From NCBI GenBank assembly GCA_900766495.1, contig CAAFVM010000012.1:9407-73406 (forward strand): a stretch of DNA of 64,000 bases, in the 5' to 3' direction. The notes under the pieces are model-generated. The model was given only the letters and a program-made list of their open reading frames with translations, was not told the origin of the DNA and did not search any database. This document shows, one piece after another, positions 9,394 through 18,015 of the stretch. This DNA is from Clostridia bacterium. GTDB lineage: Bacteria; Bacillota; Clostridia; Christensenellales; Borkfalkiaceae. A program made the translations under genes and the position numbers. Within the stretch, counting starts at the first letter, position 1. Each line of letters starts with the position of its first letter.

Positions 9394-10398
9394 ATGGATA
9401 TGAGAAAAATACTCTTTTTTTTCGCGCGGATTTTGTTTGTTGCGGTTTGCGTTTTCACTCTTTGCACGGCGCCGTTTTTTAATAAAAGCAAGGCAGAGAG
9501 CAAGGATTATTCGCTTGAAATATGGCAGGTGGACTGCTTCGAAGGCGGCACGGGGTCGCGGCGGGCGTATTTGCAAAGCGTAGCTAAAAAATTTTGCAAT
9601 ATAAAAAACGCCAAACTCGGCGCGGGAAATAACGGCTATGGCGGCAAAGTTACCGCGAGCGTGAAAAGCCACACGATTTATTCTGCAGAAGAAAGTTTTG
9701 CCGCGGGAATTTTTCCCGACGTGATTTCGTTCGGTGCGGGGTTGGAATTGCCTTACTCGCGGCTTGTAAAATTAGATTTCGACGGCGGCGCCGCTTGCGA
9801 GTACGGTAAGGAAAGTTATGCGGCGGTGTGGGCGCGCGGCGGCTATTGCCTTATAACGAAAAAGGGCGAAACGCAGATAAACAAACTTATAATAGGCGAG
9901 CAAAAATATAATTTGCCGCTCCTCGCGTGCAGATTGTCGAACTTAAAAATGCCCGAAACGGTGGAAGAATTGCCGTCGGATAAATGTTTTTACGAGTTCA
10001 ATTCAAACAAAAATTGCGGGTGGGTGGCAACGCAACGCGACCTGTATAGGGTTGACGGAAAAATAGAAGTAGACGTTCAGCCGCTTAACGGATATAACGA
10101 TTTATATCAGTGCGCCGCGGTTTTATCGTGCGAAAACGGCAACGAAAAGGCTGCTTGCGAATTTTTAAAATTTTTATGTTCGGGCGATTATTCCAATCCG
10201 TCGGTTATAGGAATGCTTTCGCCAAACGGTTTTGCAAAAGACGAAAGTGCCCCTATAAGTCGATTATCGGGGCAAAACGCAGATTATTGCCTTAACGTTT
10301 TTACCTCTCGCGCGGGGATTGAGAGGTTAAAAACGCAGTGCGCCGATTTTGATTTAAACGCGCAAAATATTAAAAACGCGCTAAAATATTTGAAATAA
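9394..10398 (+). CDS. Exported Cys-rich protein of unknown function, possibly a solute-binding-protein-like fold
   Basis: N-terminal hydrophobic signal or anchor ILFFFARILFVAVCVFTLC. I recognised no catalytic motif. The choice of start codon (9382, 9394 or 9400) is uncertain. Confidence 0.5.
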   Translation: MDMRKILFFFARILFVAVCVFTLCTAPFFNKSKAESKDYSLEIWQVDCFEGGTGSRRAYLQSVAKKFCNIKNAKLGAGNNGYGGKVTASVKSHTIYSAEESFAAGIFPDVISFGAGLELPYSRLVKLDFDGGAACEYGKESYAAVWARGGYCLITKKGETQINKLIIGEQKYNLPLLACRLSNLKMPETVEELPSDKCFYEFNSNKNCGWVATQRDLYRVDGKIEVDVQPLNGYNDLYQCAAVLSCENGNEKAACEFLKFLCSGDYSNPSVIGMLSPNGFAKDESAPISRLSGQNADYCLNVFTSRAGIERLKTQCADFDLNAQNIKNALKYLK

Positions 10399-10430
10399 AA
10401 TAAAAGTTAGTGTAAAATGGGGAGTGTCGA

Positions 10431-11312
10431 ATGGAATTTGACGAGTATATCGAAGCGCTCGACAAAGCGGGCGTAAGCTATAAACTCAATCAGCCGCTTG
10501 CGCAATACGGCGGCTACGGCTCCGGCGGAAACGCCGCGGTTATGGTTTTTCCTGAAAATCTTAACCAAATAAAAGCTGCCTGCCGCTTTAAGCACGAAAC
10601 GATAGGCAACGGTACGAACGTGCTTTTTTCCGATTACGGCTATGACGGCGCGATTATAAACGTGCGCGAAATGAACGCCGTAAGGGTGAGCGGAGTTAGC
10701 GTGCGCGCCGAATGCGGGGCGACGCTTGCAATGGTTCGCGAAGCCGCCGAAATGAGCTGCCTGGGCGGGCTGGAATTTACCGAAGGGATACCCGCTACCA
10801 TAGGCGGCGCAGTGTGCATGAACGCGGGGTGTTTTTCGAAAAGCGTGGGCGATTTAATCGCGTATGTAATAACCGATAAGTGCGCCTATAACCGCGTTAA
10901 CTGTAATTTCGACTATCGTTCGAGCAGGTTTTCATGCGGCAACGACGGCGAAAAAGAAGTAATAGCCGAAGCGTGCTTTTTATTAAAACCAAGCGAATCG
11001 GACATAATACAGGCGAAGAAAGAAAAATATAAACGCATGCGCAAAAACTCGCAACCGCACGGAAAAACATGCGGCTCGGTATTTTTGAACGACGGGTATT
11101 TTGCGGGTAAACTGATAGACCTCGCGGGGCTAAAAGGAATAAAAACCGGCGGGGCAAGGGTTTCGGAAAAGCATGCGAATTTTATAATAAACGAGGGCGG
11201 TTCGTCGTCTGACGTTTATGCTCTTATAAAACTTATAAAAAAGCAAGTGCTTAAAGTGCACGGCGTAAATTTGAAAGAAGAAATAAAATACATAGGAAAA
11301 TTCGATGATTGA
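10431..11312 (+). CDS. murB: UDP-N-acetylenolpyruvoylglucosamine reductase
   Basis: FAD-binding N-terminal domain (IGNGTNVLFSD), KTCGSVFLN and GGARVSEKHANFIINEGGSSSDV are all characteristic of MurB. Confidence 0.9.
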   Translation: MEFDEYIEALDKAGVSYKLNQPLAQYGGYGSGGNAAVMVFPENLNQIKAACRFKHETIGNGTNVLFSDYGYDGAIINVREMNAVRVSGVSVRAECGATLAMVREAAEMSCLGGLEFTEGIPATIGGAVCMNAGCFSKSVGDLIAYVITDKCAYNRVNCNFDYRSSRFSCGNDGEKEVIAEACFLLKPSESDIIQAKKEKYKRMRKNSQPHGKTCGSVFLNDGYFAGKLIDLAGLKGIKTGGARVSEKHANFIINEGGSSSDVYALIKLIKKQVLKVHGVNLKEEIKYIGKFDD

Positions 11313-12081
11313 TTACGATTTTCACACGCATACCGTTTACAGTCACGGAACGGGAAGCATAATGGAAAACGCGCTTGTCGCGAAAAATAAGGGTATTAAA
11401 CTTATAGGTATAACCGACCACGGGTTTAATCACCCTTGCTATCGCGTTAAGAGAAAATATCTGCCGCAAATGAAAGAAGAATGCGCGGGCGCATACGGGC
11501 AGACCGGAGTTAAAGTTCTGCTCGGCATAGAGGCTAATATTATAGGGATTTCGGGCGCGACCGACGTTAAAAAATCCGACTACGAGTATCTCGATTTATA
11601 TCTCGCGGGCATTCATCGCTTTGTTAAATGCGATAAGTTTTCCGACTATTTTAAGCTGCTCGGCGCGAATATGTTCGCAAATGCGTTCAGGGTTAAACCG
11701 CCGAAGTCGCTTGTGCGCGATTGCACCGCCGCTTACGTAAACGCCATAAAAAACAATCCGATTGATATTGTTACTCACGTTAATTTCTGCTGTTTTGCCG
11801 ACGCCGTCGAGGTCGCCCGTTGTTGCGAAGATTACGGCACTTATTTCGAAATAAACACGAAAAAAACGCACCTTTCCGACGAGGAGTGGCAAAACGTTAT
11901 AGATAAAACCAACGTCGGGTTCGTAGTCGATTCCGACGCGCATTCGCCCGACCGCGTGGGCGATACGCTTTTGGCGGACGAGCTTATGAAAAGGGTAAAA
12001 TTCCCCGAAAACCGAATTTTTAATATGTACGGCAACGTTCCCGATTTGCGCTATACTCGCTTTAAAAAGGAGAAACTATGA
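11305..12081 (+). CDS. PHP-domain metal-dependent phosphoesterase (histidinol-phosphatase family)
   Basis: N-terminal DYDFHTHTVYSHG motif, later ITDHG, and C-terminal DSDAHSP. Overlaps the murB stop by 8 nt and the whiA start by 4 nt. Confidence 0.8.
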   Translation: MIDYDFHTHTVYSHGTGSIMENALVAKNKGIKLIGITDHGFNHPCYRVKRKYLPQMKEECAGAYGQTGVKVLLGIEANIIGISGATDVKKSDYEYLDLYLAGIHRFVKCDKFSDYFKLLGANMFANAFRVKPPKSLVRDCTAAYVNAIKNNPIDIVTHVNFCCFADAVEVARCCEDYGTYFEINTKKTHLSDEEWQNVIDKTNVGFVVDSDAHSPDRVGDTLLADELMKRVKFPENRIFNMYGNVPDLRYTRFKKEKL

Positions 12082-13013
12082 ACTTTAGCGCGCGCACAAA
12101 ATCGGAATTGTGCAAAAAAAGGTACGAATCGGGGTGCTGTTTGCTTGCCGAACTTTCCGCTTTCGTCAGAACCGCGGGCAGTATAATTTCCGAGCGCGAC
12201 GTTTACGGTTTTTCGGTAACGGGGCAAGCCGACTGCGTGAAATATTTCGCCAAGGTTATATCCGAACTGTTTTCGGGTAAAGTGGAGTTCAACTATTCCG
12301 CGGGCGGCGATAAGGTTTGCGGGTTTACGTTTTTAAACCAAAGCTCTGCGGACGTGCTTATTCAGCTTGGAATTTTCAGGTTTGTGGGCGGCGAGCTTGC
12401 CATTGCGTTAGACCCCGACGAATATATTACCGAAAACGATTGCTGCAAGCGCGCGTTCACGGCAGGCGCGTTTATGGGGTCCGGCAGTATTACCGTGCCG
12501 GAATGCGACGAAAACTCTTCTGCAAGCACAGGCTACCACCTTGAATTTTGTTTTTCTAAATATTTAACCGCGTTAAGATTTTCCGAAATGCTCGCAGGGC
12601 AGGGCTTTTTGCCTAAAATCATCGAACGCAAGCAGTCGTACGTGGTTTACTTTAAGCAAAACGAAGAAATCAAAGATATGCTCGCTTATATGGGCGCCGA
12701 TTCTTCGGTGCTGGCTTTTTCTGACGTTGTGGTTATGCGCGAAATGAAAAACCGAGTTAATCGCGAAACCAACTGCGAATTGCATAACGTTTCGAGGCAG
12801 GTTGAGGCAAGCGTGAAAATTTGCTCTGCTATCAAGTCGCTCGATAGCGCGGTCGGCATTTCTAATCTGCCCGAAGAGCTTGCCGCGGTTGCGAACGCTC
12901 GCCTTAAATACCGCGATATGACGCTTACCGAACTTGCCGATAAGCTTGGAATAAGCAAAAGTTGTTTAAATCACAGGTTAAGAAAACTTGCGGCTCTTGC
13001 AAAAGAGTTGTGA
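12078..13013 (+). CDS. whiA: DNA-binding protein WhiA
   Basis: Typical WhiA N-terminus FSARTKSEL, degenerate LAGLIDADG-like core, and C-terminal HTH LTELADKLGISKSCLNHRLRKL. Confidence 0.9.
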   Translation: MNFSARTKSELCKKRYESGCCLLAELSAFVRTAGSIISERDVYGFSVTGQADCVKYFAKVISELFSGKVEFNYSAGGDKVCGFTFLNQSSADVLIQLGIFRFVGGELAIALDPDEYITENDCCKRAFTAGAFMGSGSITVPECDENSSASTGYHLEFCFSKYLTALRFSEMLAGQGFLPKIIERKQSYVVYFKQNEEIKDMLAYMGADSSVLAFSDVVVMREMKNRVNRETNCELHNVSRQVEASVKICSAIKSLDSAVGISNLPEELAAVANARLKYRDMTLTELADKLGISKSCLNHRLRKLAALAKEL

Positions 13014-13036
13014 AAACATAAATAACGAAAAAATAT

Positions 13037-13066
13037 AAAAAGCCGATTGTGAAAATCGGCTTTTTT
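13037..13066. terminator. Bidirectional intrinsic terminator
   Basis: AAAAAGCCGATT-gtgaa-AATCGGCTTTTT lying between the convergent whiA and peptidase genes. Confidence 0.8.
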
Positions 13067-13120
13067 ACTTGGAAATTATTCGGTTTGCGTTTATATTGCG
13101 ACGTTTAGTCGGCGTTTAAA

Positions 13121-14170
13121 TTACAGCGAAAATCCCGCATATAAAAGCATAAGCTTTATGGTGTTTTTAACGCCGTCGATATGGGTGCGCTCCATTCCGT
13201 GCGAGGCGTTTACGCCCGTGCCTACAAGCGCGGCGGGAATATCGTAGCCCGCGGTCCACATAGCGCCCGCGTCCGAGCCGTAGTAGGGGTAAATATCAAT
13301 CGCATAGTCAAGCCCGTTTGCTTTTGCCAACGCCACAAGCGAGTTTGTAAGGCGGTAGTCGTAAGGTCCGTGCGAGTCTTTCGCGCAAATGCTTACCTGA
13401 TGTTCGTTGCACGAAAGGTCTTTGCCTATGCACCCCATATCCACGCACAGCATTTTTTCAAGTCCGTCGGGAACGTAACTCGCGCCGTGACCAACCTCTT
13501 CGTAAACAGTAACCAGAAATTTAAGCGTTTTTTGCGGCACAAGGTTATAATCCTTAATAATTTTCATCGCGGTTATAAACGCCGCAACGCTGGCTTTGTC
13601 GTCGATGAAACGGGATTTAATATAGCCCGACGGCGTGATTTCTGTTTTCGTATCGAGCGCGATATAGTTGCCGTTTTCAATGCCCAATTTTTTAAAATCT
13701 TCGGCGCAACGCACGTTTTCGTCAAGGCGAACGTACATATGCTCTTCGGTGTGGGTAATGGTATCGCAGTCTTCGTAAACGTGTTTCGATGGGCTTACCG
13801 AAAGGAACGTGCCGCGGTATTTTTTGCCGTCGCGGGTTATTACCGTGCAATATTCTCCGTCGAAAGTGGATAAAATAGGACCGCCTACGCGCGAAAATTT
13901 AATTTTATCTCCGTCGAACGAGCGTATCATCGCGCCCAACGTGTCGGCGTGTGCAGAAAGCCCGAGCGCTCCGCTGTTTTCGCCCTCTTTTCCCTGAACG
14001 GTGAAAATAAAGCACCCTTTATTCGTGCGTTCGAATTTTACGCCGAGTTCGTCGGCAAATTTTTTCAACACGCCCTCGATTTCTTCGTAATAACCGCTGG
14101 GCGAGTGGGTGGCGAAAATTTTCTTTGCGGTTTCGAAATAATAATTTTCATATTTATTTACGTCTATCAT
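13121..14170 (-). CDS. M42-family metallopeptidase (aminopeptidase, FrvX/YsdC-like)
   Basis: Motifs SAHADTLG, FIDDKASV, TVYEEVGHG and YGSDAGA fit the M42 metal ligands. Start reassigned to the internal ATG at 14170, which has AAGGAG 7 nt upstream. The listed 36-aa extension is discarded. Confidence 0.65.
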   Translation of the reverse strand: MIDVNKYENYYFETAKKIFATHSPSGYYEEIEGVLKKFADELGVKFERTNKGCFIFTVQGKEGENSGALGLSAHADTLGAMIRSFDGDKIKFSRVGGPILSTFDGEYCTVITRDGKKYRGTFLSVSPSKHVYEDCDTITHTEEHMYVRLDENVRCAEDFKKLGIENGNYIALDTKTEITPSGYIKSRFIDDKASVAAFITAMKIIKDYNLVPQKTLKFLVTVYEEVGHGASYVPDGLEKMLCVDMGCIGKDLSCNEHQVSICAKDSHGPYDYRLTNSLVALAKANGLDYAIDIYPYYGSDAGAMWTAGYDIPAALVGTGVNASHGMERTHIDGVKNTIKLMLLYAGFSL

Positions 14171-14499
14171 ATCGTTAGCTCCTTTCGGTATTCGTCGCGC
14201 GCACGCTTTTTGCTGTGTGGGGCGGCGTTTTTTGTCTTTTACATATTCGATTATGCACTTTTTTAAACAAAAAGTCAAACGCTTTTATTAAATGAGGATA
14301 AATAGAGTCGGGTGGTATTGCCCTCGTTTGTCGTTTGTAGCTTTAACGGTGTGGCGTTTAACGGGAAGCCGCAATTTTTTTATAAAAAATAGTAAATACT
14401 AATTTATAAAACAATATAAAAAAAGTAGACGTTATTTATAAAATGTGGTAAAATAACTAACGTTTAAAAACAATAAGCGAAAAATCGGAGGCTTGATAA

Positions 14500-16674
14500 A
14501 TGGACTCGCTTGAAAAAATAAAATCGCTGCGCAAAGAGCGCGGCTACACACTTAAAGAACTTGCCGAAAAATCGGGCGTTCCCGCGGGAACGGTGAACAA
14601 ACTTTTTTCGGGCGGAATAAAAAGCATTAAGGCTGAAACGCTTATTAAGCTTGCCGACGCGCTCGGGGCGGATTACTCCGAAATTTTAAACGGATGCGAA
14701 AGGGCGGTTTCCGAAACCGACGAAAAAAACGAGATAAAACAAAAATGCGCGTTCGATTACGGCTTTGCACGCATAGCGGCTTATGCGCCCGAGGTTCGTG
14801 TTGCTGACGTGGATTTCAACGTGCAAAAAATTATTGAAAAAATTAACCAAGCCGACCGCGATGGCGTGTGCGTTGCCGCATTCCCCGAGCTTGCCGTTAC
14901 CGCGTATACCGTGGGCGATTTGGTTTATCAGCCCGCGCTTTTGGAAGCTGCGAAAAACGGATTGCTTCGCATTATGAAAGCCACCGAGAATTTGGAAATG
15001 CTTGTAGTCGTAGGGCTTCCCGTTAAGGTGGACGGGCGAATTTACAACTGTGCGGCGGCTGTGAATAAGGGCGAGCTTTTGGGCATAGTTCCTAAAATAA
15101 ACCTGCCCAACTACAACGAATTTTACGAAAAACGCACCTTTTGCGAGGGAAGTCGCGATGTAAAAAACATAGAATTTTTAGGCAGAACCGTGCCGTTCGG
15201 CGGCAATTTGATTTTTGCCGATAAAGCTATGCCCGAGCTTAAAGTGGGCGTGGAAATCTGCGAAGATATTTGGGTGCCCGATTCTCCGTCGATAAACCTC
15301 GCGCTGGCGGGAGCTACCGTAATTATAAACGCTTCGGCGAGCAACGACGTTTGCGGCAAAGCCGATTACAGGCGTTCGCTTGTTTCGGTAACGGCATCAA
15401 AACTTTTGTGCGCTTACGTATATTGTTCGTGCGGCGCGGGCGAATCCACGGGCGACGTGGTTTTCGGCGGTCACTGCATAATAAACGAGGCGGGCAGACA
15501 GCTTTCAGAATGCGCGCCTTTCGGAAAATATGAAACGAGCGCCGACGTGGACTGTTCGTTTTTAGAGTTCGAGCGCGGCAAAAAATTCCACGGCAGAAAC
15601 GAAATTTCTCCCGTAACTTTTGTATATTTCGAAGCGCAAAGAAAGAATACGGGGCTTATTCGTAAATTCGCGCAAAGTCCGTTTGTTCCCGACGATAAAG
15701 AACGCGAAAAACGCAGAGTAAACGAGGTTTTTGCCATTCAGACCGAGGCGTTGAAAAAACGCGTTCTGCACGTAAACGCGCAAAAATTAGTCGTAGGAGT
15801 TTCGGGCGGACTTGACAGCGCGCTCGCTTTGTTGGTGGCCGGCGAAACTTTAAAAAAAGCGGGCAGAAAACCGAGCGACCTCGTAGCCATAACCATGCCG
15901 TGTTTCGGCACAGGCGAGCGTACGCGCAAAAACGCGCTCGCTTTGTCGGAGGGTCTTAAATGCGAGCTTAAAGAAATCGATATTAAAAACAGCGTTCTGC
16001 AACATTTTGCCGATATTGAAAAAGACCCGAGCGTAACCGACGCTGCATACGAAAACGCGCAGGCGCGCGAACGTACGCAGGTGCTTATGGATTACGCGAA
16101 TATGGTAAACGGCTTGGTTGTGGGAACGGGCGATATGTCGGAACTCGCGCTGGGGTGGTGCACTTATAACGGCGACCATATGTCGATGTACGGCGTGAAC
16201 GGCGGAGTGCCTAAAACGTTGGTTAAGTCGATGGTGTTGAACCTTGCTAAAAATTACGACGAGAAAACCCGCAAAACTCTTGAAGATATAGCCGCCACGC
16301 CTATAAGTCCCGAACTCACTCCGTCGAAAGGCGGGGCTACCGCACAGTTCACCGAAGATATTTTAGGCCCTTACGAGCTGCACGATTTCTTCCTGTATTA
16401 TCTTATTAAACACGGCTATGCGCCCGACAAAGTTTACTATATAGCAAAGCAGACTTTTGCGGGTAAATACGATAAAGAAATTATTCAAAAGTGCCTCTAT
16501 AAGTTCATTAACCGCTTTTTTGCTTCGCAATTCAAGCGTTCTTGTCAGCCCGACGGCGTTAAAACGGGCGCGCTTTGTTTAAGCCCGCGCGGCGATTTCA
16601 GAATGCCCTCCGACGGCGTTAAAACCGTTTGGATAAAGCTGCTCGACCAAGCCGTAGCAGCCGAAAAAAACTAA
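14500..16674 (+). CDS. nadE: Glutamine-dependent NAD(+) synthetase with an N-terminal XRE-type HTH domain
   Basis: Residues 1-65 are an XRE HTH (YTLKELAEKSGVPAGTVNKLFSG). A CN-hydrolase domain follows (FPELAVTAYT, VEICEDIW), then an NAD synthase domain (VVGVSGGLDSAL, GTGDMSELALGW). GGAGG lies 9 nt upstream of the ATG. Confidence 0.85.
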   Translation: MDSLEKIKSLRKERGYTLKELAEKSGVPAGTVNKLFSGGIKSIKAETLIKLADALGADYSEILNGCERAVSETDEKNEIKQKCAFDYGFARIAAYAPEVRVADVDFNVQKIIEKINQADRDGVCVAAFPELAVTAYTVGDLVYQPALLEAAKNGLLRIMKATENLEMLVVVGLPVKVDGRIYNCAAAVNKGELLGIVPKINLPNYNEFYEKRTFCEGSRDVKNIEFLGRTVPFGGNLIFADKAMPELKVGVEICEDIWVPDSPSINLALAGATVIINASASNDVCGKADYRRSLVSVTASKLLCAYVYCSCGAGESTGDVVFGGHCIINEAGRQLSECAPFGKYETSADVDCSFLEFERGKKFHGRNEISPVTFVYFEAQRKNTGLIRKFAQSPFVPDDKEREKRRVNEVFAIQTEALKKRVLHVNAQKLVVGVSGGLDSALALLVAGETLKKAGRKPSDLVAITMPCFGTGERTRKNALALSEGLKCELKEIDIKNSVLQHFADIEKDPSVTDAAYENAQARERTQVLMDYANMVNGLVVGTGDMSELALGWCTYNGDHMSMYGVNGGVPKTLVKSMVLNLAKNYDEKTRKTLEDIAATPISPELTPSKGGATAQFTEDILGPYELHDFFLYYLIKHGYAPDKVYYIAKQTFAGKYDKEIIQKCLYKFINRFFASQFKRSCQPDGVKTGALCLSPRGDFRMPSDGVKTVWIKLLDQAVAAEKN

Positions 16675-16707
16675 AATAAAAAGGGCGTTAAGCCACGTTA
16701 TAAAAAA

Positions 16708-16743
16708 GAAAAGCGCGTCTATATGTTCGTAAACGCGCTTTAT
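16708..16743. terminator. Intrinsic terminator between convergent genes
   Basis: AAAGCGCGT-(14 nt)-ACGCGCTTT hairpin with flanking A and T runs. Confidence 0.55.
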
Positions 16744-16764
16744 GTTGTTAATTAAAAGTGAATG

Positions 16765-17799
16765 TCAGGCAGGGTGAGCAACGGTTATCGTTGCGGTTTT
16801 TGCGAAGCGTTTAACCGAAGCGAACGCCTTTTCGCATTGCTCGCGGGTGCCGTAGCCCTCGCCCACGCACAGCAGGCGGTTAGCCGTTGAAAATATTTTA
16901 AATACGAAATTGCCGTTTTTATCTACGTTTATGGCGTAGTTGTCGTTTTCGATGTTCTTTTTAAGCGTTTCTATGCCGCTTTTACAACCGCTTAACGAAG
17001 AATAACTTTCGCCCGCAAGCATAAGTTCGCCGTTCGAAGCGTGCAATGTTGCGGTAAATCTGCCGTTTTCTTCGGTAATTATCCATTTGCCCGCATACTT
17101 AACCTTTTCTTCTTTTGTTGCGGGGGCGGCTTGCTCGGGTTCTTCCGTCTGGCTTTTTTCTGCGGCGGTTTCTTTATTTTCTTTTGCCTGCCGATTGTTG
17201 TTTTTTACCGCGGGGTTAGCTTTCTTCTCGGTTTTAATCGGCTTTATTTCTTCGGATTTTTGCTCGGATGAAATTTCGTTTTCGTCAGAATTTTCTACTG
17301 AATTTTCGGCATTTACCGAGGGCTCTTCTGCTGCAGCGTTTTGCGAAAGATCATCGTCTATGATAAATGCTTCCGAAATATTTTCGGCTGAAGTTTCCGA
17401 AAGTTCTTTTTCCGCAGGCTGTTCGTCTTCAATTTTTATTTCTTCGGTTTCTGTTGAATTATCCTCGTTTTCGGCAGGAGTTTCGCCCGATATTTCGGCA
17501 GCGTTTTCTTCGTTTTGCTGCTGCGTAGAGGCTTCTTTTTGCTTGCTTGATTCTTTTTGTTTAAGCTCGTCTAAAATAGAACCCTGGTGTAAAACGGGCT
17601 GTTTTAATTCGGCTTCGTTTGCGGCTTCTGTATTCGATTTTTCGTTTTTCTTGTCGCTTTTAGCGGGCTTTTGCTTTGCAAAACGCTTTTTTACGATAAT
17701 GTTTATCGCAATTATTACGACGATGGAAACAAGCAGAATCGCACCGAAAACTATAAGGTATCGGGTGTTGTTTTTAAGATATTGAATAATGTTATTCAT
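16765..17799 (-). CDS. Membrane-anchored protein with a long acidic low-complexity linker and tandem C-terminal DUF1508 (YegP-like) repeats
   Basis: N-terminal TM YLIVFGAILLVSIVVIIAINIIV followed by KKRFAKQK. About 190 aa of E/N/S/A-rich sequence follows. The C-terminus GRFTATLHASNGELMLAGESYSSLSGCKSGIETLKKN plus NGNFVFKIFSTANRLLCVGEGY...ASVKRF matches the two YegP repeats. Confidence 0.7.
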   Translation of the reverse strand: MNNIIQYLKNNTRYLIVFGAILLVSIVVIIAINIIVKKRFAKQKPAKSDKKNEKSNTEAANEAELKQPVLHQGSILDELKQKESSKQKEASTQQQNEENAAEISGETPAENEDNSTETEEIKIEDEQPAEKELSETSAENISEAFIIDDDLSQNAAAEEPSVNAENSVENSDENEISSEQKSEEIKPIKTEKKANPAVKNNNRQAKENKETAAEKSQTEEPEQAAPATKEEKVKYAGKWIITEENGRFTATLHASNGELMLAGESYSSLSGCKSGIETLKKNIENDNYAINVDKNGNFVFKIFSTANRLLCVGEGYGTREQCEKAFASVKRFAKTATITVAHPA

Positions 17800-18015
17800 A
17801 TTATATTCTCCGTTTTATTCGCGCGTGAATGAAAAAACTAAATCGTTTTTGCATTTTTTGCGCGTTAATCGGTGAAAATTATGCGTTTTATCGCATTTTT
17901 CGCCGTTATTGTAATACATAAAAATTCATTAGTCAAGCGCAAAGGTGTTAAAAAACGCAAAATTGCCGCAAAATGGCGGAAATTTCGTCAAAAAAACACA
18001 AAGTGAGGCTTTTTT

